Of a stretch of 64,000 nucleotides of DNA, positions 41,172 through 50,431 are shown piece by piece (position 1 is the stretch's first letter; every line of letters starts with the position of its first letter). This DNA is from Acidobacteriota bacterium. Its GTDB lineage: Bacteria; Acidobacteriota; Vicinamibacteria; Vicinamibacterales; UBA2999. Made by a program: the position numbers and the translations under genes. The stretch covers positions 28,872-92,871 of the forward strand of contig JAGNJW010000011.1 in NCBI GenBank assembly GCA_018000455.1, in the 5' to 3' direction. The notes below the pieces were generated by a model. That model did no database searches. It saw only the letters and a list, made by a program, of their open reading frames with translations, and was not told the DNA's origin.

Positions 41172-43948
41172 CACGGCCTCGCCAATCGTTCGGTGCGCGC
41201 GCGATCGGCCACCGCGGCGCGGAGCGCCGCAGCGCGTTGTGGCTCGAGCGCCGGGGGGAGCGCGGCCGTGGCCCACAGATCCACGCTCTTGTCGAGCCAC
41301 ATCCGGCTCTGCTCGATCGACGCCTGCCTGGCGCCCGCAACCTGCCGGTCCGCGATGTCGAGAAACGCGCGCGCCAGGGTGCCGTAGACGGGCGCAGCGA
41401 GGGCTGGCGGCGCCAGCGGTGCGTGCTCGATCTCGGCCGCCACCTGCTGCGCCAGCAGCGCCGCCGTGCCGTCGCCGGCCCGCGCAACGAGCGCCGTCAG
41501 GTCGACCCCCGCCATCAGCATCTGCGTGCGCGCGTTGACGGCGTTCGGGCCCTTCAGCAGCCGCGGCGCTCCTGCACGCACCCGCTCGAGGCGCGTCACG
41601 GCGTCGCTGCGCCGTCCGAGGGTCGCCAGGACGCGGGCAATCCGCCGGTCGAGCGCCAGCTGCAGGTAGCCGTAGCGATCGCTCTCCGGCTCCTCGGCCA
41701 GAAGCTGACGATTCAGGTGGTCGGCCTCGTCGAGGTGCGCCAGAGCGCTGGCCGTCCCGTCGGACGCTTCGGTCAGCAGCGCGCCAAGACGAAGCAGCGC
41801 GTTCACGAGATCGAAGCGGGCCCGGCGGTCCGCGGGGTCGTCGGCGGCGGTCGTGCGCGCCAGCGCCACGGTCCGCTCGAACGCCGCCGTGGCGCCCGCC
41901 ACATCGCCGAGATTCTCACCAGGCCGGTAGCCCTGGATGTCGCCCAGGCTGCCGTAGCTCACCATCAGCGCGCGGCGGAACTCCACGTCTCCCGGGCGAT
42001 CGCGCACGAGGGTTTCGCGGACCTCGACCGCGCGGGCGAAGCTCGACGCCGCCTCCTCGAGGCGGCCGGCGCCGAGGCGGGCGGCACCCAGGGCGTTGAG
42101 CGCCGAGCCCAGGTTCTGGCGAAGGGCCGCGTCGGCCGGGTCGCGCGCGAGCAGACGCTCGGCCAGTTCCATGGCCCGGGCCGCCGCGGCTTCGGCCGAC
42201 CGATCGCGCAGTTCCATGCCGGTGCGCGCCAGCTCGGCGTAGACCTCGCCGACGAGGCTCATCGCCTCGCGCGAGTCGGTGCGGCCGAGCGCGCGCTCCC
42301 CCACCGCCCGCGCCCGCTCGAACGCCACCGTTGCGCCGGGCAGATCGCCGCGCGCCCTGAGCACCTGAGCGCGCCTGAGCGAGACGCTCGCCACCCGTAG
42401 CAGCGTCTCCTCGTCGCCACCCGACTCGAACGGCGCCAGCAGGGCCTCGGCCCGCGCGTAGCTCACCAGGGCGGCCTCGGGCTCGCCGAGATTCGACGAC
42501 AGGGGATGGCCCTGCACGGCGCCAATCCGCTCGTAGGCGGCCGCCAGTTCGCGCGCCAGGGCGGCGTCGCCGGCGGCGTCCTCGCGGAGGTTCTCCAGGT
42601 AGGTCAACGCCGTCTGCACGATGGCCCGCCGCGCCTCGGTGGCGCCCGGCAGGCTGGCGATGCGGTCGTGCACGTCGAAGACGAACGCATTGGCCAGGCC
42701 ACGCACCTGGTCGAAGCGGCGTTCAGCACGGCGTGCCTGATACACGGCCGCTGTCGTGCCGCCGGCGATGCTGGCGGCAACGAGCACTGCGGCCACGGCC
42801 GCCACCCGGTGGCGGGCGACGAGCTTGCTCGCGCGATACGTCCACGTGCTCGGGCGCGCGGCGACGGGCAAGCCGTCCAGATAGCGGCCGAGGTCGTCGG
42901 CGAACGCCGCCATGGAGGCGTAGCGCCGGTCTGGTTCCTTCTGGATGGCCGTCGCGACGATGGTGTCGAGATCGCCACGCAGTTCCCGCGCCAGAAGTGC
43001 GTATCCGGCAGCGGCGGCCCGCACGCTCGGTGGGGCCGGCTCCTCGTCGCACACCGTCCGCGTGAGCGACGCCGGCGACGTGGTGTCGGCGCGCTGGCCC
43101 GATTCCCCGGTCAGCACCTCGTACAACACCAGGCCCAGCGAGTACACGTCGCTGCGCGTGCTGACCGGCCGGCCTTGCACCTGTTCGGGGCTGGCGAAGT
43201 CTGGCGTCCAGGCCGAGACGCCGAGCGTCGCGCCAGACTCTGCCGCCGGATCGAGCAGCTTCGCGATGCCGAAATCGAGCACCTTCGGCGTGCCATCGGC
43301 AGCCACGAGAATGTTCGACGGCTTCAGGTCGCGGTGCACCACCAGGTGCTGATGCGCGTAGTCGAGGGCGGCGCACACCCGGCGCACGAGGCCGAGCCGA
43401 TCGCGCACGCTGAGGTCATGCTCGCGGCAGTAGGTGGTGAGCGGCACACCGTCCACGAACTCCATGACGAAGTAGGGCTGGCCGTAGGCGGTGCCGCCGT
43501 CGAGGAAACGCGCGATGCCGGGGTGGTCGAGACCGGCCAGGATCTGCCGCTCGAGCCGGAAGCGCGCGTCGAGGCGCGTGCCCGCCCACGGGGCCACTTT
43601 GATGGCCACGCGGCGGTGGAACTCATCGTCGCCGACCGCCTCGTAGACCACCCCCATGCCGCCGCGGCCCACTTCGCGCACCGTCACGTAGACGCCGAAG
43701 CGGCGAGGGGCGTCGTCGGGAGCGACCACCGCTTCGACGCCGCGGTCGATGACCTCGCGCAGGCGGCCCGCCGCGGCCCCTTCGTGAGCGAGCATCTTGG
43801 CCAGTTGCGCCGCCAGCTCCGGGTCGGTGGCGGCTTCCCGCGCGATGGCCGCTTGTTGCACGTCGGCGCCCTGTTCGACGACCTCGCCGAAGACGTCCTG
43901 GAGGCGGCGCCAGCGCTCGGGATTGAGGGGGGGAGGCACGAGTGGCAT
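41171..43948 (-). CDS. Transmembrane Ser/Thr protein kinase with a long TPR-like extracytoplasmic region
   Basis: GRGGMGVVYEA, VAIKV, HRDLKPSNILV, DFGIAKL. A TM helix VAAVAAVLVAASIAGGTTAAV is followed by about 500 aa of Ala/Leu/Arg-rich TPR-like repeats. Confidence 0.85.
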   Translation of the reverse strand: MPLVPPPLNPERWRRLQDVFGEVVEQGADVQQAAIAREAATDPELAAQLAKMLAHEGAAAGRLREVIDRGVEAVVAPDDAPRRFGVYVTVREVGRGGMGVVYEAVGDDEFHRRVAIKVAPWAGTRLDARFRLERQILAGLDHPGIARFLDGGTAYGQPYFVMEFVDGVPLTTYCREHDLSVRDRLGLVRRVCAALDYAHQHLVVHRDLKPSNILVAADGTPKVLDFGIAKLLDPAAESGATLGVSAWTPDFASPEQVQGRPVSTRSDVYSLGLVLYEVLTGESGQRADTTSPASLTRTVCDEEPAPPSVRAAAAGYALLARELRGDLDTIVATAIQKEPDRRYASMAAFADDLGRYLDGLPVAARPSTWTYRASKLVARHRVAAVAAVLVAASIAGGTTAAVYQARRAERRFDQVRGLANAFVFDVHDRIASLPGATEARRAIVQTALTYLENLREDAAGDAALARELAAAYERIGAVQGHPLSSNLGEPEAALVSYARAEALLAPFESGGDEETLLRVASVSLRRAQVLRARGDLPGATVAFERARAVGERALGRTDSREAMSLVGEVYAELARTGMELRDRSAEAAAARAMELAERLLARDPADAALRQNLGSALNALGAARLGAGRLEEAASSFARAVEVRETLVRDRPGDVEFRRALMVSYGSLGDIQGYRPGENLGDVAGATAAFERTVALARTTAADDPADRRARFDLVNALLRLGALLTEASDGTASALAHLDEADHLNRQLLAEEPESDRYGYLQLALDRRIARVLATLGRRSDAVTRLERVRAGAPRLLKGPNAVNARTQMLMAGVDLTALVARAGDGTAALLAQQVAAEIEHAPLAPPALAAPVYGTLARAFLDIADRQVAGARQASIEQSRMWLDKSVDLWATAALPPALEPQRAAALRAAVADRARTERLARP

Positions 43949-44040
43949 CCAGTGTACGACGGGGCCATGAAAGGATGGCCGGCCCTTTGCGCTAGTCAGG
44001 GTAGGGCCCGATCGCCAGGGCGATTCGAACCGGGGGCGCG

Positions 44041-45036
44041 ATGACGAAGGTGTGGTTGTGTGCAGTGCTGATCTTGGGAAGCGCGCTCGGCGCGGCAGCG
44101 CAGACCGGCGCGCCGGTCGTGGGTCAAGAGGCAGGCGTCTACCTCAACACCGTCTCGGTGCGGTGGAACGGCGTGCCGGCCGACGAGTTCCATCGCAACG
44201 AGGCCTCGATGCTGGGAGGGTTCACGCTGTTTGCCGCGCTGTCGCCCGGCGGATCGCCCATCGCGCGGGCACCGCTGTCGTGGCCACCACCCGACCCCGA
44301 AAACCCGTCGCTCGAGTGCACGAGCTGTATTCCCGGCTTCGACTTTCCGAATGTGCCCGACGGCACCTACTACCTGGCGGTCGTCAAAGGGATCGTGTCG
44401 AGTGCCATCGTCCCGGCGCAGCACTGGTCCGCCGTGACCGTCAGCTACACGACCTGCGGCAGTGCACCAGGCGCACCCACGAACATGCGGCGCTCCACCG
44501 GTGGCCAGCCGAACCTGGTGATCCTCTTCTGGGACCTGGCGCCCGGTTGCCAGCCCGAGACCATGCAGCTCGAAGCCGGCAGCGCACCGGGCGCGAGCGA
44601 TCTCGGGGTCTACCAGGTGCAGGTCCAGTCGGGTTGGGGCGGCGTGGCGCCTCCGGGAACCTACTTCGTACGCGCGCGCGCCCGCAATCACGTGGGCGTC
44701 AGCGCCGCCTCGAACGAGATCCAGGTGGTAGTGGACAACCCCGCGTGCACAGGTCCGAGCGCCCCGCAGAACCTCACCGCGACCGTGGTCAACCAGCAGG
44801 TGACGCTCACCTGGCAGCCGCCCGACAACAGTGGCACCCGGCCGGTGTCCTTCTACTACGTCAGCGCCGGCTCGAGTCCGGGCGGCAACAACCTGGCGTT
44901 CGTGCGCGTGACCTCGACATCGCTCGCCGCGAGCAACGTCCCATCTGGCACTTATCACGTGCGAGTGCAGGCCGGGAACACGTGTTCGCAAGCCGGCGGA
45001 GTGCCGTCGAACGACGTGGTCGTCGTGGTGCCATAG
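44041..45036 (+). CDS. Secreted protein made of three FN3-like modules
   Basis: Signal MTKVWLCAVLILGSALGAAAQ. Module ends are GTYYLAVV.., GTYFVRARARNHVGVSAASNEIQVVV and GTYHVRVQAGNTCSQAGGVPSNDVVVVVP, the last at the C-terminus. Confidence 0.75.
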   Translation: MTKVWLCAVLILGSALGAAAQTGAPVVGQEAGVYLNTVSVRWNGVPADEFHRNEASMLGGFTLFAALSPGGSPIARAPLSWPPPDPENPSLECTSCIPGFDFPNVPDGTYYLAVVKGIVSSAIVPAQHWSAVTVSYTTCGSAPGAPTNMRRSTGGQPNLVILFWDLAPGCQPETMQLEAGSAPGASDLGVYQVQVQSGWGGVAPPGTYFVRARARNHVGVSAASNEIQVVVDNPACTGPSAPQNLTATVVNQQVTLTWQPPDNSGTRPVSFYYVSAGSSPGGNNLAFVRVTSTSLAASNVPSGTYHVRVQAGNTCSQAGGVPSNDVVVVVP

Positions 45037-45063
45037 TGACCGCTCTCTCCGCCTGAGACCACT

Positions 45064-46017
45064 ATGCAGACCATGATTCGAGAGGCGTCGCTCGGCGTGT
45101 TCCTGGCCATGGTGCTGGTACCGCTGGCGATGGCTGGCGCAGCCATCTTCGCCGGATGGCGCGCCCGGCGCCAGGCGCAGCTCCTGGCAGGCACCCAAAC
45201 GTCGCCCGTCGGCATGGCCGCGGACGGCTACTGCAAATTCCAAGGCACGGTCGAGGCCGTGGCCGGCGAGACGGTCGTCGCGCCGCTCACCGGTTCGCCG
45301 TGCTGCTGGTACAGCGCGAGGGTGGAGCGGTGGGCGCGACCGCGCACCGGCGACGTCAAGAGGTTCCAGTGGCAGACCGTCCGGTCGGTGACCAGCAGCG
45401 CGCCGTTCTTCGTGCGCGACTCTACGGGCGTGTGCGCAGTGCGCGCCTGCGATGCCGAGATCACACCGACCGACAAGAGTCAGTGGACCGGCGCCACGCT
45501 CGAACCGACCGACCGCAATCCGTCGCGGGTCGGCCCTTCCCAGTCAACCCACGGCTTCGTCCAGGTGTCTGGCGGACCGAACTCTCAGTTCCGCTACAGC
45601 GAAGAGCGCATCTATGCTGGCGATCCGCTGCTGGTCATCGGGGCCTTCGCGAGCCATCGCTTCGAGCCACGCGAACTCGACGAACTGCCCCCCGAGCCGG
45701 AGGCGTTGGGCGCGGCGTCGCCGGCGGCGCGGGTTACGGATGCTGACGACGAAGATGACGAGGACAACGAGGATACCGCTGAGGCCGACGCCTGGGCCGT
45801 GGCCGACCGCGAACGCTACGACACGCTGTGGGAGAAGGCGACGGCCGTGACGAAGGCCGAGATCGGAGCCGGCGGGCGCGGCAAGCCGCTCATCGTCACG
45901 ACCACCACCGAAGCCGCGCATGTGGCCATGACCGAGATGGGCAGCCAGGCAGCGTTCATGGTCGCGCTCATCCCGCTGGGCATTGCCGCGCTGGTGGTGC
46001 TGGTGCGCTTTCAGTGA
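45064..46017 (+). CDS. GIDE-like domain membrane protein with an acidic linker
   Basis: N- and C-terminal TM helices. GTVEAVAGETVVAPLTGSPCCWYSARVERW..SAPFFVRDSTGVCAVR resembles the bacterial GIDE (PF12483-like) pattern. The DADDEDDEDNEDTAEAD tract forms the acidic linker. Confidence 0.55.
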   Translation: MQTMIREASLGVFLAMVLVPLAMAGAAIFAGWRARRQAQLLAGTQTSPVGMAADGYCKFQGTVEAVAGETVVAPLTGSPCCWYSARVERWARPRTGDVKRFQWQTVRSVTSSAPFFVRDSTGVCAVRACDAEITPTDKSQWTGATLEPTDRNPSRVGPSQSTHGFVQVSGGPNSQFRYSEERIYAGDPLLVIGAFASHRFEPRELDELPPEPEALGAASPAARVTDADDEDDEDNEDTAEADAWAVADRERYDTLWEKATAVTKAEIGAGGRGKPLIVTTTTEAAHVAMTEMGSQAAFMVALIPLGIAALVVLVRFQ

Positions 46018-46031
46018 GCACAAGGAGAGAC

Positions 46032-47039
46032 ATGATGATGTCGAAGGCGTCCGGTGTCCTCAGTCACGTGGCGCTGGTCGCCGCGCTCCTGTCCTCCCCC
46101 TCGCCGGCGGTGGCCCAACCCCCGCCCCAGGTCACCGTCGGCGGCGAGACGGCCATCTTCGCGGCGCCCCTCGCTCTCTACGACCCCGAGGAGAACGCCG
46201 CCTCGATGCTCTTCGTCAGCACGCCGCTGTCGGCCGCGCAGGAAGCCAGCGCCAGGCGCGACGGCTCGTGGCCGCTCGACGGCGTGGGTCCGGCGGTGAA
46301 AGTGACGCTGACGTTTCTGCCGGGCAAGTTCTCAGGCGCCGTGGCCGAGCTCGATCGCTGCTGGATCGGCATCAACGGGTTCAAGGGCGACTTCGTCGAA
46401 ATCTCGGGCACGGCGGCCGACTGCCATCTGGTCTCGATCGGCGGCCGGCTGCAACCCGGCGGCATGCTCGTCGGTCTGTTTGAAGGCAAAGGCAAGGGCT
46501 ACGCCTTTCGTCTGCCCTTTGCGCCGACGTTCCCAAGAGTCGCCACCACCGACTCGGCTGCCGCACCGGCCGCTGCACCAGCGCCCGCAGCGCCCGACGT
46601 CCCGGCCGTGGCGCCGAACACGGCTGCCGGCACCGGCACGTTTACCGGCCAGACGCTGCGCATCACGCACGGGCTGGCCTGGGTCAGCGGTGAGAAGTTC
46701 GAAGTCGCGCTCTTCGATCGCGTGCCCGCTGCCGGCATGCTGGCGGAACTGAAGACGGGGTCATGGGGCGACGGCGGCCCTGTTGCCACGCTCACCTTCA
46801 TGCTCGATGCCGGGAAGAGTGGGCCGTCGGCCGTCAGCTACTGCTACGTGAATCTCAGCTTCCCCAAGGGCCCGATGGGCGTCAACTTCAACGACGCCAC
46901 ACGCTGCGGCCTGACCGCGATCGGCGGCACCCTGAAGGCCGGCGGCAGCATCACGCCCCGCCTGGCAGGTTCCGCCCCCATGCGCGACAACGTGCCCATG
47001 GCCTGGGACCTGCGCTTCAACCTGCCGCTCTCGAAATAG
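46032..47039 (+). CDS. Hypothetical secreted protein with an internal duplication
   Basis: ATG 46032 is preceded by AAGGAGAGA. Signal ..VALVAALLSSPSPAVAQ. The two halves align: VKVTLTFLPGKFSG..CWIGINGFKGDFVEISGTAADCHLVSIGGRLQPGG versus VATLTFMLDAGKSG..CYVNLSFPKGPMGVNFNDATRCGLTAIGGTLKAGG. Confidence 0.65.
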   Translation: MMMSKASGVLSHVALVAALLSSPSPAVAQPPPQVTVGGETAIFAAPLALYDPEENAASMLFVSTPLSAAQEASARRDGSWPLDGVGPAVKVTLTFLPGKFSGAVAELDRCWIGINGFKGDFVEISGTAADCHLVSIGGRLQPGGMLVGLFEGKGKGYAFRLPFAPTFPRVATTDSAAAPAAAPAPAAPDVPAVAPNTAAGTGTFTGQTLRITHGLAWVSGEKFEVALFDRVPAAGMLAELKTGSWGDGGPVATLTFMLDAGKSGPSAVSYCYVNLSFPKGPMGVNFNDATRCGLTAIGGTLKAGGSITPRLAGSAPMRDNVPMAWDLRFNLPLSK

Positions 47040-47047
47040 GCTCGCGC

Positions 47048-48571
47048 ATGCGCCCGGCCCGCTTGCGGTATCCGCTCATGAGACCCGACGCTGGTCGATG
47101 GGCACAGACGGCTCTGGCCGTCGCGCTCGCTGGCGGACTCGTCGCTGGCCCCGCCCTGGGCCGACCGGAAGCGCGCGCCGTGGCGATCGCGTATGCCACG
47201 GTCGCCGCGCCGATCTTCGATCACCGCGTGGTCGTGGCCACGACGTCGCTCGACTTCGACACGGACGTCGAGGCCAGCCTCGAGCGTCAGGTGAACCGGC
47301 TGGGCGCGCTCGGCTACGAACTCACGGCGCTCGTCGGCGGCGACGCGCGCATCATCGATCGGCTGCTCACTCGCAAGGCCTACGTCCCTGGTCTCGTCGA
47401 CCACTCGGGGTTCACCTTCGCGATCATGGCGCGGCCCATCGACCAGGCGGTCGTGGCCCGAGAGTATCGGCTCCTGCACATCCGGACAGGGTTGGGCGTC
47501 GACGCACTGGTCGCACCGCTCGGGAGAGACGGCTACCGGCTGACCGTCACGGCGCTCGAGGGCGACGTCGTGCACCTGGCCTTCGAGCACACGGCCGCCA
47601 CGCCAGCGGTCGAGTACCGCGCGTTCCGTAACCGTGGCCGGCAGGACTGGATGCAGCAGGCCCTGGCCGATCCCGACGCGCGGATGCGCATCACGCGGGT
47701 GATGCCAGTGGCCCTCGACACAGCGGTGGTGGAGCTGGGGACGGCGCAGACCACGCCAGCCGACATGAAGTGGTTGACCAAGCCCGGTCATCTGTTTACC
47801 TCGCTCGAGAGTCCGCTCCGAGACCTTGCGAAGACGGGCTACCGTGTCGACCTCGTGCGCGCCCGGCTCAACGACGTGTCGGCCCTGGTCGTGCTGCCGG
47901 CGGGTGTCTCGACCGGCACCGCGGACTACGATCTCGACGACGGCCCGTGGGGCTCGCCGTGCAGTCGTGGCGCGATTGCCGGAGCGGCGGTGCTGCCAGA
48001 CGGCGACGTGGCCTGCGCCGCCGACCGCAGCGACGCGGCGGTGACCAACCGCGGGCTCGACCTCACCCTACGCGAGCAGCCATCGGCCGCCGGACAGATC
48101 CTGTTTCGCGGCCCCGACTGCGACATCCGTGCGCGCCTGGCGTCGCCACGCGTGGCGGCGCCGCGCGTGGCCCTGGCCACACAATTCGAACGCGAGCTCC
48201 AGGCGCAGATCCAGCCCGGGTACCGCGTGACCCGTGCGCTCGCCTCCAGCGACTCGAACGGCCAGATGCGCACCGTCGCATTCACGAGCGACGCGCCCGT
48301 GGCGGCGGCGGAACCGGCAGCCCTGGCGCCGGTTGTCTATGGGGTCGGCCAGGATCTCACGCGTCAACGCGAAGACAGGTTGAACGCGGCGGTGGCCGCC
48401 GATCCCACCCTGCGCGCACTGCCCGTGTGGCTGGAACTCGACGAGCGCCGAACTCCGCGCTCGGCCAGGCTGCTCGGATGCGTACCGAGGACCATCTCGC
48501 GCGAACTGGTCACGAGCGCGGCTCGCGGACTGCTCATCAATCAGGGCCTGGCCGACCACCGGTTAGTTTAG
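47048..48571 (+). CDS. Hypothetical secreted protein (507 aa) with a reiterated L..LG..GY.L module
   Basis: Start MRPARLRYPLMRPDAGRWAQTALAVALAGGLVAGPALG. Repeats: QVNRLGALGYELTALVGG, LVAPLGRDGYRLTVTALEG, LRDLAKTGYRVDLVRAR. Confidence 0.6.
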   Translation: MRPARLRYPLMRPDAGRWAQTALAVALAGGLVAGPALGRPEARAVAIAYATVAAPIFDHRVVVATTSLDFDTDVEASLERQVNRLGALGYELTALVGGDARIIDRLLTRKAYVPGLVDHSGFTFAIMARPIDQAVVAREYRLLHIRTGLGVDALVAPLGRDGYRLTVTALEGDVVHLAFEHTAATPAVEYRAFRNRGRQDWMQQALADPDARMRITRVMPVALDTAVVELGTAQTTPADMKWLTKPGHLFTSLESPLRDLAKTGYRVDLVRARLNDVSALVVLPAGVSTGTADYDLDDGPWGSPCSRGAIAGAAVLPDGDVACAADRSDAAVTNRGLDLTLREQPSAAGQILFRGPDCDIRARLASPRVAAPRVALATQFERELQAQIQPGYRVTRALASSDSNGQMRTVAFTSDAPVAAAEPAALAPVVYGVGQDLTRQREDRLNAAVAADPTLRALPVWLELDERRTPRSARLLGCVPRTISRELVTSAARGLLINQGLADHRLV

Positions 48572-48643
48572 ACAGCCGCCTGATCGTGGACCGCTAGGCG
48601 CCACCTCGGTCGCACCATCCGGCCACGGCGAGGGAGACGACGA

Positions 48644-49222
48644 GTGCTGGCCCAGATCATCGTGTTTGGCGTGATATTTGGCGTCATCGCCGGCGGCATC
48701 TGGCTGTACAAGAGCTCGCGGGCCGAGCAAGCCGAGACCAGCGAGGCGTTGGCCGAGATGGCCCGCACACTCGAGACCACCTACGACGCCACGTCGCAAT
48801 CGATGACCGGACGCCTCAACGGGCGTGCGGTGTCGATTCACCAGGAGTGGCACCGGGCCAAGCCTGAGGAGCACGACCGCTACATCCGTATGACGGTCGA
48901 GGTCACCGCGGAGACGACCTCGCTGGAGCTGCTGCGACAGGGGTCAGCCTTCGCGCCTGCCTTCAAAGGTGACGTGCAGACGGGCGACCGGGCGTTCGAC
49001 CGGGCGTTCATGGTCCGTTCGGATAACGGCGGCAAAGTGCAGCAGGTGCTGACGCTGGAGGTGCGGCGTCAGGTGCTCGACCAGCAGTGGCTGGGCGAGC
49101 TGCGGGTAAAGGACGGCCAGCTGCGGTGCATGGGCGGCGTCGGCTTCCTTCGCAAGAGCCACGTCGAGGAAGCCATGATCGTGCTCCGTCTCATGGTGCG
49201 GATCGCCGACGGTCTGAGGTAA
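48644..49222 (+). CDS. Hypothetical membrane-anchored protein (192 aa)
   Basis: GTG start with GGGAG 8 nt upstream. N-terminal TM helix LAQIIVFGVIFGVIAGGIWLY. No family recognised. Confidence 0.55.
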   Translation: MLAQIIVFGVIFGVIAGGIWLYKSSRAEQAETSEALAEMARTLETTYDATSQSMTGRLNGRAVSIHQEWHRAKPEEHDRYIRMTVEVTAETTSLELLRQGSAFAPAFKGDVQTGDRAFDRAFMVRSDNGGKVQQVLTLEVRRQVLDQQWLGELRVKDGQLRCMGGVGFLRKSHVEEAMIVLRLMVRIADGLR

Positions 49223-49232
49223 CCTCCGCCTC

Positions 49233-50411
49233 ATGAGGTGTGCCATGCGCAGACGGACCGTACTGCAACTCTTCGGCGGCGTCGCGGTGGCCGGCCTGCC
49301 GGCGATGCAGCTGCCCGCCACCGGCGGCCGCGACCGGATCGTCGTGGCAGGCGGCGGCATCATGGGGGCCAATATCGCCTACGCCCTCGCCCGGCGCGGG
49401 GCCAACGTCACCGTGGTCGAGCGGGCGGCCCCCGGGAGCGGCGCGACGGCGAACTCGTTTGCGTGGATCAACTCCACCTACTCCAAACAACCCTTTTCGT
49501 ACTTTCAGCTCAACCGCCTCGGCATCGAGGCCTGGCGTGAGCTCGACCGCGAGTTCGCCGGCGAGCTGCCCCTCACCTGGGGCGGCAGCCTCGAGTGGTA
49601 CGCCGACCCGGCGCGAGCGGCGAAGTTCCGCGACCAGGTCCGGCATCACCAGGCATGGGGCTACCCCACCGAGATCATCTCTGCGGAGCAGCTCCGTTCA
49701 CTCGAACCGCAAGTCGTCATCGGCTCGGTCGCGGCCGCGGGACACGCCACGCTCGAGGGGCACGTGGATCCGGTGGTCGCCACCGAGATGCTGCTGGCGC
49801 GGGCGCGGACGCTGGGAGCGCGCGTCGAGCATCCATCCGAGGTCACTGGCCTGGACGAAGCACAAGGACGGCTGCGCGCGGTGAAAACCACTACCGGCGA
49901 CATCCCAGCCGACATCCTGATCGTGGCCTGCGGCACTGACACGCCGCGCGTGGCCGCCCTGGCCGGCCTGACCGTGCCGCTCAAGCAATCGCCCGGCGTG
50001 CTCGTGCACACCACGCCGCTGCCGCCGCTGGTCGAACGGGTTGTACTCGCGACGGCGGCACACCTGAAGCAGAAACCCGACGGCCGGGTCGTGACGGGTC
50101 TCGGGTTCGGGGGCACGCCGTCGACCGATTCGAGCCGTGAGGGCGGCGAGGCGTTTCTACAGGTGGCTGCGACCGTGTTGCCGGCGCTGAAGTCGGCCAC
50201 CCTCGACAAGGTGACGCTCGGCTGGCGGCCGCTGCCGGCCGACGAGTTCCCCATCGTGGGGACGGCGCCGGCACGCCCGGACGTCTATCTGGCCGTCATG
50301 CACAGCGGCGTCACCATGTCGCCGCTCATGGGCCGGCTGGCGGCCATCGAGATTCTCGACGGCGTCAGGGCCGAGCCGCTCGAGCCGTATCGCCTGGCGC
50401 GCTTCAAGTAG
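49233..50411 (+). CDS. FAD-dependent oxidoreductase (DAO / glycine-D-amino-acid oxidase family), Tat signal
   Basis: RRRTVLQLFGGVAVAG followed by the Rossmann motif VVAGGGIMGANIAYALARRG. An alternative start is ATG 49245. Confidence 0.75.
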   Translation: MRCAMRRRTVLQLFGGVAVAGLPAMQLPATGGRDRIVVAGGGIMGANIAYALARRGANVTVVERAAPGSGATANSFAWINSTYSKQPFSYFQLNRLGIEAWRELDREFAGELPLTWGGSLEWYADPARAAKFRDQVRHHQAWGYPTEIISAEQLRSLEPQVVIGSVAAAGHATLEGHVDPVVATEMLLARARTLGARVEHPSEVTGLDEAQGRLRAVKTTTGDIPADILIVACGTDTPRVAALAGLTVPLKQSPGVLVHTTPLPPLVERVVLATAAHLKQKPDGRVVTGLGFGGTPSTDSSREGGEAFLQVAATVLPALKSATLDKVTLGWRPLPADEFPIVGTAPARPDVYLAVMHSGVTMSPLMGRLAAIEILDGVRAEPLEPYRLARFK

Positions 50412-50431
50412 CCGCTGCAATCCTGGGCGGC

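Noticed and set aside
43949-43960. TACACT immediately upstream of the kinase start, considered as a leaderless promoter.
   Set aside because: The gap to ATG 43948 is only 2 nt. No in-frame alternative start lies at the right distance.
44022-44031. The minus strand reads GGTTCGAATC, the classic tRNA T-loop motif, in the kinase/FN3 intergenic region. This could be a tRNA, a tRNA fragment or an att site.
   Set aside because: The flanking bases cannot form a T-arm stem, an acceptor stem or any cloverleaf. No integrase or island boundary lies nearby. I treat it as a chance match.
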